Below are positions 18,066 to 28,119 of a stretch of 64,000 nucleotides of DNA, in pieces. The stretch's first letter is position 1. Each line of letters begins with the position of its first letter. The translations under genes were made by a program, and so were the position numbers. The notes beneath the pieces were generated by a model. That model saw only the letters and a list, made by a program, of their open reading frames with translations, made no database searches and had not been told where the DNA came from. This DNA comes from Spirochaetia bacterium (GTDB taxonomy: Bacteria; Spirochaetota; Spirochaetia; UBA9216), in contig OY776510.1 of assembly GCA_963675665.1 (NCBI GenBank), forward strand, positions 608,001 to 672,000, written 5' to 3'.

Positions 18066-18938
18066 ATGAACGCGTTTTATACCGAAAGAATAAGAGCAGC
18101 ATTCGAATATATAAGAAATAATCTCGATAAAAAATTAAGCCTGAAATCCGTTTCGGAAGCAACAGACCTTCCCAGACTTCATCTCCAGCGGATGTTCTAT
18201 TTTCTAACCGGTGAAAACATAGTTGAGGCCGCTGAAAGACTTAAACTGGAAAGAGCCGCTGAAATTCTTGTGTCCGAACCGGGAGCTACAATCTCGGAAC
18301 TTGCAGTTTTATCCGGTTACCAGTCAAAAAAAGAATTCAGCAGGGCGTTCAAATCCAGGTTTTCATTCTCGCCAACAGCCTGGAGAAACGGTAAAATGAA
18401 AATCCCTGTTGATGAACCCGGTGTTGTTTCCAACAAGGAATATATCGTTAATCTTTTGAACGCCGAAGTTAATACAATAGACGATTTTTACATAGCATAT
18501 TTAAAATATGCCGGCGCATATGCCGGAGATACTGCCCTGTTTATCTATTTATACAATAAGCTTACAGCATGGGCGGCTTCACGCGACCTGCTCGCCCCTG
18601 AATGTGAGAACATTGTGGTCTATCATGATCCTGTAAGTATTGTACCTAACCCCCGTCAGAAAATCTCTCTCGGGATCTCGGTTCCGGAAGATACAAAAGG
18701 CGGCCGGGACATAGGAAAAATGAAAATCAGGGGCGGTAATTACCTTGTCTGCAGATACAATATTGGAGAGGATGAAGACACCGAAGCATGGAAACACACA
18801 TACCGGGCAATCCTGCCCGAAATGAACCTTGTTCCGGAAAACGCTCCGGCCTTCGAACTTTATCCTGCTGCAGTAAAAAGTCCGGACAGGCATAAAAATA
18901 TTGTGGATATTTATATCCCTGTTAAACCGGCAGAGTAA
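18066..18938 (+). CDS. AraC-family regulator with a GyrI-like effector domain
   Basis: Double HTH (...GYQSKKEFSRAFKSRF.FSPTAWR) plus GyrI-like C-terminus (YHDP, GGNY, FELY, DIYIPV). Confidence 0.9.
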   Translation: MNAFYTERIRAAFEYIRNNLDKKLSLKSVSEATDLPRLHLQRMFYFLTGENIVEAAERLKLERAAEILVSEPGATISELAVLSGYQSKKEFSRAFKSRFSFSPTAWRNGKMKIPVDEPGVVSNKEYIVNLLNAEVNTIDDFYIAYLKYAGAYAGDTALFIYLYNKLTAWAASRDLLAPECENIVVYHDPVSIVPNPRQKISLGISVPEDTKGGRDIGKMKIRGGNYLVCRYNIGEDEDTEAWKHTYRAILPEMNLVPENAPAFELYPAAVKSPDRHKNIVDIYIPVKPAE

Positions 18939-18946
18939 CCCCCCTG

Positions 18947-20401
18947 TTATTCAGTTTTCCGGTTGCTCTTTTCCATTCTTTTTACGATCCTGCCGCATTT
19001 ATCCAATATTCCCTTTTCCATTGCAAAGGTCAGGAACAACCCTGCAAGAATCGCCCAGGTTGCCCCATAAAACGATAAAATTATTCCCACAAGAATACCG
19101 ATAGTACGTTTCATCCTGCTGTCGGCTATTTTCAGGCCGAGGGAAAAGCTTGCAAATCCCTGAAGAACCATTAATACACAAAGTATCGGAACCCGGAAAG
19201 GAAGGATAAAGGTGATAAGCGGCAAAAAAGTCATCATCACAACCCTCATGATGTTGAAAGACGCAGCACCTCCGATAAGAGAATACATGGCCTCTTTTCC
19301 CTGTTCATACCTTCTGGCAATTACCATTGTCATGGCTGCCCAGTTCGGACCGGCCAAACCGCCGTTCGGAGCTATAAGTGCATGTATTATGTTCCTTATA
19401 CCTGTTATTAAATTAAGTCTGCCGCTGTCAAACCCGACATCTTCATCAGGACGATATTCTCCCGCTTCTTCGATGGTTTCAGCAGCAAGAACTGTTTCGC
19501 CGAAAGCCATGATATACGCGGCAAGGGCAACAGGAATCGATGACAAAAACATTTCCGCATCAGGAAAACCTACTGCAAAAAGTGACCAGCTTTCAAACAT
19601 TTTACCGAACTTCGGAATAAAAAACCCGAAATCTATTTTACTTAATTCCGCTTCTCCGGCAATAATTGCGATTATTATTACCAGAATCAAGCTGGGGAAA
19701 ATTCCGTATTTTGACAGACGGCCCAGAAGGCCTTTCGGTTTTTCTTTTATTAAGGATTTTACCCGATCAGAATAAATAAGGAACAGAACAATCGGCATGC
19801 CTATTATAAGAACAAAAAAGTAATTCTTATATAAAAGACCTGAAGGAGTTATACCGTATTCTCCAATTAAAACGCTCAGCCCGGCGCCCATAATAAGACC
19901 CGCTTTCAGAGAGTCGGGAATAACCTTCATCATTCGGGAGGCCAGGCCTGAAACACCAAAAAAAATAAATATAATGCCTACTACTATCTGGAGAGCCATA
20001 TAAGCCTGAAGTCTCTCTGCTCCGGCCGGATAGCGGGCAATAAATGTCATTATCAGCGGGACAGCGGGAGTAAGCCATCCCGATATTGTTGTATCGCCAA
20101 GAAACTGATGAAGATAATATCCAAGCTGCTGTACAATTATTATAGTCAATGCTATTTCATAGGGTATTCCGAAAAGATCTTCCAGCAACGCCACCAGCCC
20201 GAGGCCGGTGGCCGTCATTATTATTCCCTGAAAAAGCTCGGACGGTTCCAGTTGATGATGGATAAGGGGAATTCTTATAACAAACGGACCGGCTTTAATC
20301 CCTGGTTGACTTTTACCCTTTATCCTTCTTCCGGTTTTAAACATCCATGTATGCTTGTTGGGCTGCAAAAGTCCTGTATCAGCTTTTTTTCCGATCCCCA
20401 C
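18947..20401 (-). CDS. Multi-pass membrane transporter (NCS2/SLC23-like, substrate unknown)
   Basis: About 12 hydrophobic segments; SGWLTPAVP, AYIMAFGE, GGLAGP; last gene of the tct-aroA run. Confidence 0.6.
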   Translation of the reverse strand: MGIGKKADTGLLQPNKHTWMFKTGRRIKGKSQPGIKAGPFVIRIPLIHHQLEPSELFQGIIMTATGLGLVALLEDLFGIPYEIALTIIIVQQLGYYLHQFLGDTTISGWLTPAVPLIMTFIARYPAGAERLQAYMALQIVVGIIFIFFGVSGLASRMMKVIPDSLKAGLIMGAGLSVLIGEYGITPSGLLYKNYFFVLIIGMPIVLFLIYSDRVKSLIKEKPKGLLGRLSKYGIFPSLILVIIIAIIAGEAELSKIDFGFFIPKFGKMFESWSLFAVGFPDAEMFLSSIPVALAAYIMAFGETVLAAETIEEAGEYRPDEDVGFDSGRLNLITGIRNIIHALIAPNGGLAGPNWAAMTMVIARRYEQGKEAMYSLIGGAASFNIMRVVMMTFLPLITFILPFRVPILCVLMVLQGFASFSLGLKIADSRMKRTIGILVGIILSFYGATWAILAGLFLTFAMEKGILDKCGRIVKRMEKSNRKTE

Positions 20402-20404
20402 ACC

Positions 20405-21700
20405 TTACTCCTTGTCCGTATGGACATACTCGATATCTGCACCCATATCTTTCAAAGCCTTGTCAAATCCCGGAAAGGATATGGAAGCCGATTCGACCTT
20501 ATCAACAATCGTTTCTTCTTCCGCCGTTAAGCCGGCAATACACAAAGCCATTGCTATACGGTGATCGCCGTAACTGTTAACCTGCGCACCGGTCAGTTTG
20601 GATTGTCTTATTATTAATTCCCTGTCGGTAAGTTCGATTTTTGCTCCCATCTTTGTTAACTCCCTGACCATCAGCAGGGGTCTGTCGGTTTCTTTTATCC
20701 GTGAACTTTCAATATTGTATAATCGCGTTTCTCCCTCGGCAAAACAGCCCAGAATCGAGAGAATAGGAATGGAATCCGGGGTCGGCGAACAGTCTATTGC
20801 CCGGCCTTTCAGGGGGCGTCCTCCGTTTATTTTTATGCCTCCGGCTCCCTGCTCCGCAATACTGATGTCGGCGCCCATATCCTTCAGGATATCGATCAGA
20901 ATCTTGTCTCCCTGCACATCATTTATATCAAGCCCCCTGAGAATCACCTCAGAATCAGTGATAGCCGAACCTATAAGCGGAAATGACGCCGAAGAAAAAT
21001 CTGCCGGAACCTGCCGATCAAAACAGGAATAATCCTGGCCGGCTTTAACAAAATAACGGTTAAAATCGTTTGAAGCATCTACCTTTACATTCAGGGCTTT
21101 CATCCATTCCAGAGTCATTTCTATATATGGAATTTCATTGGCAGCATCAACAACTATTTCTGTGTCAAGCTCCGCAAGCGTTCCTGCGAGAATTGCAGAA
21201 CTCACATACTGCGATACTATTCCATCAACATAACACTTTCCGCCTTTTAACGGACCTTTTACAATAAACGGTGCACTGCCGTTGCCTCTGACTGAAAAGG
21301 CTTCGGCTCCGAGAAGTTTCAGCGCATTAAGCACAGGCTGCATCGGCCGGGATCGGATTTGTTCGTCTCCGGTAAATACCGTCATCCCGTTCAGGGAGGC
21401 TGCCAAAGCCGAACCTGAATACATTGATGTACCGGAATTTCCAACGTCCACAATATCTTCAGGTACGTGAAGCTCTCCGCCCTCCACGGTCCAGTAGTCG
21501 TCCCGTTCCATATCCAGCGGCACACCCATTGCCTTGATTAATCCTGCAGCAGAAAGTGAATCTTTCGAACGAACAGGTTTTCTGATTATGGATTTTCCTT
21601 TACCCAGAGCTCCAAAGTACAGAGCCCTGATCATGTGTGATTTGGATCCGGGTATCCACACCTCACCCGTCAGACCTGATTTTCGTATTTTGGCCAGCAT
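20405..21700 (-). CDS. aroA: 3-phosphoshikimate 1-carboxyvinyltransferase (EPSP synthase)
   Basis: PGSKSH, GNSGT, RPM, SQY, DFSSA, PD, RIKETDR, DHRIAM, SFPGF. Confidence 0.92.
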   Translation of the reverse strand: MLAKIRKSGLTGEVWIPGSKSHMIRALYFGALGKGKSIIRKPVRSKDSLSAAGLIKAMGVPLDMERDDYWTVEGGELHVPEDIVDVGNSGTSMYSGSALAASLNGMTVFTGDEQIRSRPMQPVLNALKLLGAEAFSVRGNGSAPFIVKGPLKGGKCYVDGIVSQYVSSAILAGTLAELDTEIVVDAANEIPYIEMTLEWMKALNVKVDASNDFNRYFVKAGQDYSCFDRQVPADFSSASFPLIGSAITDSEVILRGLDINDVQGDKILIDILKDMGADISIAEQGAGGIKINGGRPLKGRAIDCSPTPDSIPILSILGCFAEGETRLYNIESSRIKETDRPLLMVRELTKMGAKIELTDRELIIRQSKLTGAQVNSYGDHRIAMALCIAGLTAEEETIVDKVESASISFPGFDKALKDMGADIEYVHTDKE

Positions 21701-21733
21701 ATTTTTCTCCAGAAACTGTAATTATTTTTATTT

Positions 21734-22174
21734 TTACGGCAATCTTACGTTTAGCAGATATCTGAACAGATAAAAAACTCCCAGAGCCGTTACAACCGAT
21801 ATTATCGGGATTTTCCAATAAAACTTTTTGTACAGAAAGAGCATGGCCATACAAAGAAAAATAATGGTTGAAGCAATAAAATGCAGATAGTTAAGCATCA
21901 GCAGATATAAAAGGAAAATACCTGTAATAATAAATATATTTCTTTTTCCTGCTTCTTCATTGTCTGAAGAATCATCATTTTCCTGCCCTGAGCGAAAAAG
22001 CTGAACAAGTCTTATTCCACCCAGAACGGCCATCAGCAGAGAAACAAAACCGGGAAAGAGTCCGGGGCTTAAAGCGGCAGGCCCCATCAGAGGCAATTTT
22101 ATACTGTATATAAAACCCGCCACCCCCGCAACTGCAAGAATGATCATAAACCATCTTTCTCTTTTATTCGTCAT
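21734..22174 (-). CDS. tctB: Tripartite tricarboxylate transporter small membrane subunit
   Basis: Four TM segments, PGLFP, C-terminal F.YLLNVRLP; lies within the tct cluster. Confidence 0.85.
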   Translation of the reverse strand: MTNKRERWFMIILAVAGVAGFIYSIKLPLMGPAALSPGLFPGFVSLLMAVLGGIRLVQLFRSGQENDDSSDNEEAGKRNIFIITGIFLLYLLMLNYLHFIASTIIFLCMAMLFLYKKFYWKIPIISVVTALGVFYLFRYLLNVRLP

Positions 22175-22218
22175 TAACAATCTCCCGGTTATTTGTTTAT
22201 CCTGAAATACAGACTGCC

Positions 22219-23244
22219 CTATTGTCTGGCAATTCCGAATTCTTCAGGTGATTTTGTAGCCACTCCCGAATCATATAAAAGCCAGGTCGTCAGCGGCTTC
22301 CATGCGTCGACTCTCTTGCGGAATTCATCACCTGTTTCACCAATAATCTGAAGGTAGTACTTGTCACAAAAGGTTTTCCATTCGGGGTTGGCGGAAGCTT
22401 TTAATGCGGCATCTGAGAGTTTGTCTACTATAGCTTCCGGAGTATCCTTATGTACAAGCATCATTACCATTACACCGTAAGGCATTACCTTTTTAAAGGC
22501 AGGCACCTCAGCTCCGAGCGCGGGAACGCCCTCAACTATTTCATCGTTTGTAAAAGTAGCCAGCAGCTTGATTTTTTCGGCCTTGTAGTTTTCCATAATG
22601 GAGACAAGCGGATTAAAAGCTACTTCAACATGTCCGCCCAACAGCGCAGCCATAACCTTTCCGCCTCCACCGAACGGAACCATATTGAATTCACTTTCGG
22701 AATACTCCGAAAAGAGCAGACCGGAAACATGCCCGAGAGAGCCTGGCGATGCAAAACCGGAGATAATCTTGCCGGGTCTTGACTGGGCATCGTTAATCAG
22801 TTCTTCCACAGTATTCCACGGAGCATCCGATCTGACGTAGCATGTCGGATTAAGCCCGGTCATAATTATCACCGGAGTGAAATCATTTATATCCATATCC
22901 GAAGTACCCATTACATTCCAGACTCCGCATGATTCAGTTGTTGTTATAAGAACTGTATAACCGTCAGCCGCCTTGTTCATAACATATTGGCTTCCTACCG
23001 CACCGCTTGCTCCTGCTTTGTTCTGGGGAACCATACTTACATCGCCCAGTTCCTTTTCCATCAGCGGCAAAAAATTTCTTGCTATATTATCAGTAAGACC
23101 TCCGGCCCCCCATGTAATTACAGCTTCTATTTCCCTGTCAGGATAGGTATCTGTATTTACCTCCTGACTTCCTTCAGCAAAAGAAACTCCAACTGCCAGC
23201 AATAATAAAACACCCGTCAGAATTACTTTTCCAACCATTTTCAT
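22219..23244 (-). CDS. tctC: Tripartite tricarboxylate transporter substrate-binding protein
   Basis: YPDREI, WGAGGLTD, NKAGASG, ADGYT, VPFGGGG...ALLGGHV. Confidence 0.92.
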   Translation of the reverse strand: MKMVGKVILTGVLLLLAVGVSFAEGSQEVNTDTYPDREIEAVITWGAGGLTDNIARNFLPLMEKELGDVSMVPQNKAGASGAVGSQYVMNKAADGYTVLITTTESCGVWNVMGTSDMDINDFTPVIIMTGLNPTCYVRSDAPWNTVEELINDAQSRPGKIISGFASPGSLGHVSGLLFSEYSESEFNMVPFGGGGKVMAALLGGHVEVAFNPLVSIMENYKAEKIKLLATFTNDEIVEGVPALGAEVPAFKKVMPYGVMVMMLVHKDTPEAIVDKLSDAALKASANPEWKTFCDKYYLQIIGETGDEFRKRVDAWKPLTTWLLYDSGVATKSPEEFGIARQ

Positions 23245-23339
23245 AATCTCCTCCTGATTTTGAATATTTATTAATATTCTCTGGCGCTACGCGCTCTGAC
23301 AACCTTGTTTGATAGTTAACCAATTCTGCCTTTCCGGTT

Positions 23340-24857
23340 TCATACCGTCTTTCTTTTAAAATTACCCGCAACCTTTGAGATAATCTTCTTTCTCCAGTTT
23401 TTGAAAGCTTTTATCTGATCCAGAATCTGAAGTAAGGCAAAGAAAAAAATCAGAATAGCTATGGGACGGGTAACAAGCATCCCCAGGATATTTCCTTCCG
23501 ATATCATTGATACCCTTCTCATCTCCCCGTCGGCCATGCCTCCAAGAACAAGACCTATTACCACCGGTCCTATAGGGAATTTTATTAACTTGAAAAAATA
23601 ACCCAGCAACCCGGCGCAAACCATAATGATAATATCTGCAACCGAATTTCTTATGGCGTAAGCTCCTACAAAGCACAATACTGAAACAATCGGCATAAGG
23701 GTTTCCGGGCGAATGGAAAGGATTTTCGGAAAAAATTTCGTTACAAAAAGACCGATAAAAAGAAACAGCACATTTGCAAGAACAAGCAGGATGATTATAT
23801 ACCAGAACAGGTCTGCGCTGTTGACCATCATCATGGGCCCGGGCTGCAGCCCGTGTACAATGAATGCTCCCATCATTATCGCAGTAACCGCATCACCTGG
23901 AATTCCGAGGGTTAAAAGCGGAATCATGGCTCCGCCTACCATCGCGTTGTTCGCAACCTCAGGAGCAACCACTCCTTCATAGGCTCCCTGGCCGAAAGGC
24001 TGACTGGGGTTTTTAACGGTTTTTTTCGCATTGTCATAGGCAAGAAAAGATGCAATTGTTCCCCCTACTCCGGGAAGAGCTCCTATCCAGGCTCCCAGTA
24101 CTGAAGATCTGATTATCACGGGGATCATTTTTAAAAATGTTTTCATTTTAGGTATGACTTTTCCCAGCTGTTTTATTATCTGATGTTCATGAGACGGAGT
24201 TCTCATCTGCACAATGACTTCCGACAAACCGAAAAAGCCGATTAAACTGGGAATAAGGCCTATCCCCGACATCAGATGCATACTGCCGAATGTAAACCTG
24301 GGAATACCATAAACCGGATCCATTCCAACCGTAGACAACAAAAGCCCGCACAAACCGGCCAGAATTGCCTTTATGAACGAACCCTCCGACAGGTTTCCGA
24401 TTGTTACAAGTCCCAGAAAAATAAGCCCCAGGTACTCGAACGGACCGAAACTTAACGCAATTGTGGATATCGGAGGCGCAAAGAGAGCAAGAAAAAAGAC
24501 GCCGATAAGCCCGCCGATAAACGAGCCGATTCTGGCCAGCCCAAGGGCCATGGCAGCCTTGCCCTGTCTGGCCAGGGGATATCCGTCAAAACCTGTGCAT
24601 ATGGCCGCCGGCGCTCCCGGAATATTCAGAAGTACAGCTGAAATTGATCCTCCGAAGACCCCCCCGCAGTAAACGCCGATAATCATGGCCAACGCGTATT
24701 CCATCGACCAGCTGAAGGTCAATGAAACCAAAAGGGCTGTAGCCATTGTGACTGAAAGACCAGGAAGCGCGCCTATTATAACGCCGCTTAAACTGCCCAG
24801 TGCTGTAAGAAGAATCACATTAATATCAAAGGCATTCAGTAAAGCTTCAAAAAACAA
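23340..24857 (-). CDS. tctA: Tripartite tricarboxylate transporter large permease
   Basis: GALPGL, GGSISAVLLNIPGAP, DGYPLA, PEVANNA, PLLTLGIPGD, GLQPGP; TTG start with a GGAGG SD. Confidence 0.95.
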   Translation of the reverse strand: MFFEALLNAFDINVILLTALGSLSGVIIGALPGLSVTMATALLVSLTFSWSMEYALAMIIGVYCGGVFGGSISAVLLNIPGAPAAICTGFDGYPLARQGKAAMALGLARIGSFIGGLIGVFFLALFAPPISTIALSFGPFEYLGLIFLGLVTIGNLSEGSFIKAILAGLCGLLLSTVGMDPVYGIPRFTFGSMHLMSGIGLIPSLIGFFGLSEVIVQMRTPSHEHQIIKQLGKVIPKMKTFLKMIPVIIRSSVLGAWIGALPGVGGTIASFLAYDNAKKTVKNPSQPFGQGAYEGVVAPEVANNAMVGGAMIPLLTLGIPGDAVTAIMMGAFIVHGLQPGPMMMVNSADLFWYIIILLVLANVLFLFIGLFVTKFFPKILSIRPETLMPIVSVLCFVGAYAIRNSVADIIIMVCAGLLGYFFKLIKFPIGPVVIGLVLGGMADGEMRRVSMISEGNILGMLVTRPIAILIFFFALLQILDQIKAFKNWRKKIISKVAGNFKRKTV

Positions 24858-24869
24858 TCGGCCACCTCC

Positions 24870-24913
24870 GTAAACGTTTTCTCAATATTAAGGGCGCCGG
24901 GTTAAATTGTCAA
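24870..24913 (-). promoter_or_regulatory. tct operon promoter with proximal LacI-type operator
   Basis: Minus strand TTGACA-N17-TAATAT (24913-24885); operator GTAAACGTTTTC at 24870-24881. Confidence 0.78.
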
Positions 24914-24984
24914 GAAAAAATCATCATTATCTGTGAAATTTAACAAATTTGTTATTTTTACCCCTTATTTAGGGCATTTTTTGT

Positions 24985-24996
24985 GTAAACGTTTAC
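24985..24996. promoter_or_regulatory. Auxiliary LacI-type operator
   Basis: Perfect palindrome GTAAACGTTTAC with the LacI-family central CG; 11/12 identical to the proximal site. Confidence 0.75.
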
Positions 24997-24999
24997 TTG

Positions 25000-26067
25000 T
25001 CAGGCATTTCTTCGGGCCGTCGACTGACGAATATGCAGTTTAACCCCGATTGTTTCGTCGCCGGCTGTTTCACCCGCGATGATTCGATTTAATTGAATCA
25101 CCGCTTCAACACCGACATTATATCTGTCGTGAGCAATGGCTGTGATCGGTATGGTTAAAAGTTTGCCCATGCCCATATCGTCCATTGCGACAACCGAAAC
25201 ATCTCCCGGAACCGCTATTCCCTGCTCATGAAGAAATCTGAAAACCCCGCGGGCAACTATACAGTTCGGCACAATCAAAGAATCAATTTCATCCAGCCGA
25301 CTGAAAATCTCTCTTGCAGCAGAGTAACCGCTGTCTTCATTAAAACTGCAGAATATCATTTTATTTTCTTCAGTTTTCATACCGAACTCCTCAAGAGCTC
25401 TTCTGTATCCGTGAAGCCTGTCCAGTGATGAATAATACCCGCTTAACGGCGAATCAATTGCCGCAATTAATTCTCTGTAATTTTTAAATGGGGGTGATTC
25501 CCAAAACCCCGCCATATATCCGATTCTGTTTCTGCCGAGATTAAGAAGGTATCTGGCGGCAAGATATCCCGCATTTTCTTCGTCGGTATTAATATGGGGA
25601 ACACCTTCAATAACCTTTCTTCTTCCTGCAATCACCATCGGAATATTAAAAAAATCCGTCTCGTCGGGCAAAGGGGCCGATGAAACAGGGCAGTGAATAA
25701 GTCCGTCGAGCATATATCCTGAAAGCTTTCGAAGGTATTCCTTCTCGTTTCCGGTTTTTCCTTCAACAGCCCCGACGATAACAAGCTGTTCATATTCCCG
25801 TGCTTTTTTAATAGCCCCGTTTACAATATCACTGAAATAACTGACGGAAAGATCCGGAACAACAATGCCGATAAGACCGGACTTCTTGCTCCTCATATAT
25901 CTCGCTGCCGGTGAAGGCTGATATCCAAGATCCTTGGCAACCTCCAGCACCCTTTTTGACAATTCCGGATTAACCTTGCTGTTTCCGTTCAATACCCTGG
26001 AAACGGTTGCCGTGGATACTCCTGCAACTTCTGCGATTTTCTTAATTCCCGATCTCTTTTCAGTCAT
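25000..26067 (-). CDS. LacI-family transcriptional regulator
   Basis: IKKIAEVAGVSTATVSRVLN...LGYQPS, sugar-binding domain, VPGDVSVV. Confidence 0.95.
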   Translation of the reverse strand: MTEKRSGIKKIAEVAGVSTATVSRVLNGNSKVNPELSKRVLEVAKDLGYQPSPAARYMRSKKSGLIGIVVPDLSVSYFSDIVNGAIKKAREYEQLVIVGAVEGKTGNEKEYLRKLSGYMLDGLIHCPVSSAPLPDETDFFNIPMVIAGRRKVIEGVPHINTDEENAGYLAARYLLNLGRNRIGYMAGFWESPPFKNYRELIAAIDSPLSGYYSSLDRLHGYRRALEEFGMKTEENKMIFCSFNEDSGYSAAREIFSRLDEIDSLIVPNCIVARGVFRFLHEQGIAVPGDVSVVAMDDMGMGKLLTIPITAIAHDRYNVGVEAVIQLNRIIAGETAGDETIGVKLHIRQSTARRNA

Positions 26068-26168
26068 GAAACAAATATTACTATGATTATCGCTTTGAAA
26101 CAATAAGCTCCTGGAAACAATATGCCAGCCTGCTTCAAACATCCCCCTGCCGTATGTTATACTCCAGT

Positions 26169-26921
26169 ATGGAACAACAGATAACGGAAATAATCACCGA
26201 AACCTCAGCAGCCCGAAACGCCGAAGGCGTAAAACGGTGGAGGACGCCTCTTGTTTCCTTTGCGGATGCTGACGATCCGTTGATGCCCGAACTAAAAAAA
26301 TGGGTTGCCCCCGGACATCTGCTGCCCGGCGACCTGCAGCCGGGCGCCCGCTCCGTAGTATGTTTCTATCTTCCTTTTAATCCGGAAATCCCGAAATCGA
26401 ACCGTGCCGGACGGCTTGCCTCAGAAGACTGGGTTGACGCATACATTGAAACAAACAAACTAATCACGGAAATCAATAAAAACCTGAAAAACTTCATCGA
26501 ATCGGAAGGGCATCAGTGTGCAATCACTCCGGCAACGCATAATTTTGATCCGGAAGAATTGATAAGCTACTGGTCTCACAGGCATCTTGCATATATTGCA
26601 GGACTGGGTACTTTCGGCATTAACAACATGCTCATAACGGAAAAGGGAACAGCCGGCAGGTTCGGAAGCTGCGTAACCGACCTGAAGCTGACAGCAGGAG
26701 TGCGTCCGGATACGGAATATTGTCTCTATAAAGCAAAAAAGACATGCGGGGCCTGTATAAAAAGATGCGTCAACGGAGCACTTACAGCAAACGGATTTGA
26801 TCGCTTTAAATGTTACCGGATGTGCATGGAAAACGACAGACGTTATAATACCGGCAGTCTTGCCGATGTCTGCGGAAAGTGCGTTACGGGAGTTCCCTGT
26901 ACCAACAGGAAACCTGAATAA
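26169..26921 (+). CDS. QueG-like (epoxyqueuosine reductase-like) 4Fe-4S protein
   Basis: WSHRHLAYIAGLGTFGINN, GRFGS.VTD, CxxxxxxxCGACIKRC, CY..C, CGKC...PC. Confidence 0.75.
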   Translation: MEQQITEIITETSAARNAEGVKRWRTPLVSFADADDPLMPELKKWVAPGHLLPGDLQPGARSVVCFYLPFNPEIPKSNRAGRLASEDWVDAYIETNKLITEINKNLKNFIESEGHQCAITPATHNFDPEELISYWSHRHLAYIAGLGTFGINNMLITEKGTAGRFGSCVTDLKLTAGVRPDTEYCLYKAKKTCGACIKRCVNGALTANGFDRFKCYRMCMENDRRYNTGSLADVCGKCVTGVPCTNRKPE

Positions 26922-26984
26922 TTTGTTGGAATTCTCCCCGGATTTAAATTAAAATTAAAACATCACTAGGAACGAGGTGAAACA

Positions 26985-28046
26985 ATGGCTTCCAGTAAAG
27001 GGATGAAAATTGGAATACTGACTGCCGGCGGAGACTGTCCCGGACTCAACGCCGCAATAAGAGGCGTAGGAAAAACAGCAGCTCTGCAATACGGCATGGA
27101 GGTCTACGGGTTTTCTTCCGGGTATCTCGGCCTGGTTAACGGAGAATACAAAAAACTTTCCGTACGTGACCTCTCGGGCATTCTCACTCTCGGCGGAACA
27201 ATTCTGGGAACCTCCCGCGAAAAACCGTTTAAAAGCAAGGAATACAACAGGTACGTCAGAAGTAAACCCGAACAAATCCGGGAAAACTATGAGAAACTGG
27301 GCCTGGACTGCGTCGTATGCATAGGCGGGAACGGCACAATGAAAACCGCCTGGAAACTCCAGCAGCAGGGGATAAACGTTGTAGGAGTACCTAAAACCAT
27401 CGATAACGACATATGGGGAACCGACCGCACCTTCGGATTCGATTCAGCTGTAAATATTGCAACCGAAGCAATCGACCGAATCCATACTACTGCAAACTCG
27501 CACAAGAGAATAATGGTTGTCGAAGTAATGGGCCATGATACAGGCTGGCTGACTCTTTATTCAGGAGTAGCGGGAGGGGGAGATGTTATACTTATACCCG
27601 AGATTCCGTATAAACGCAAAGTTGTTAAAGAATACATTTTAAAACGATCCGAAGAGGGAAAACCCTATTCCATCGTTGTAGTAGCCGAAGGGATCAGGAT
27701 TCCCGATAAAAAAGACGGGGAGAAACGTAATAAATCAGCCGGTACATACATCTCTGAAATAATACAGAAAGATACCGGTCTCGAAACCCGGCCGACCATT
27801 CTGGGCTACATCCAGCGCGGGGGCTCTCCAACACCTGCCGACAGAATTCTCGCATCAGAATTGGGCGCATACACAGCCCAGATGATTTCGGAAAAGAAAT
27901 TCGGCGAAATGGCGGCATCAAGAAACGGAGTAATCACATCGATCCCCCTGAAAGAAGTAGCAGGCAAACTGAAGCTTGTGCCGCCTGATCTTCCCCTTAT
28001 AAACCAGGCCCGCGCCCTTGACACCTGTTTCGGGGCCAGATTGTGA
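26985..28046 (+). CDS. pfkA: 6-phosphofructokinase (PfkA family, group III-like)
   Basis: TAGGDCPGLNA, GGTILGTSR, GGNGT, PKTIDND, EVMG, GYIQRGG. Confidence 0.95.
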   Translation: MASSKGMKIGILTAGGDCPGLNAAIRGVGKTAALQYGMEVYGFSSGYLGLVNGEYKKLSVRDLSGILTLGGTILGTSREKPFKSKEYNRYVRSKPEQIRENYEKLGLDCVVCIGGNGTMKTAWKLQQQGINVVGVPKTIDNDIWGTDRTFGFDSAVNIATEAIDRIHTTANSHKRIMVVEVMGHDTGWLTLYSGVAGGGDVILIPEIPYKRKVVKEYILKRSEEGKPYSIVVVAEGIRIPDKKDGEKRNKSAGTYISEIIQKDTGLETRPTILGYIQRGGSPTPADRILASELGAYTAQMISEKKFGEMAASRNGVITSIPLKEVAGKLKLVPPDLPLINQARALDTCFGARL

Positions 28047-28119
28047 GTATTAGTATAGGGTTAAATCTCTCACATGCCCTTGATACTTGTTTCAGAGCCG
28101 GACTATAATATTTATAGAC

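Noticed and set aside
20405-20480. AroA lacking the E. coli K411-equivalent as a sign of inactivity
   Set aside because: Class II EPSP synthases commonly have a non-Lys residue before S-[FY]-P, so this is not evidence of lost function.
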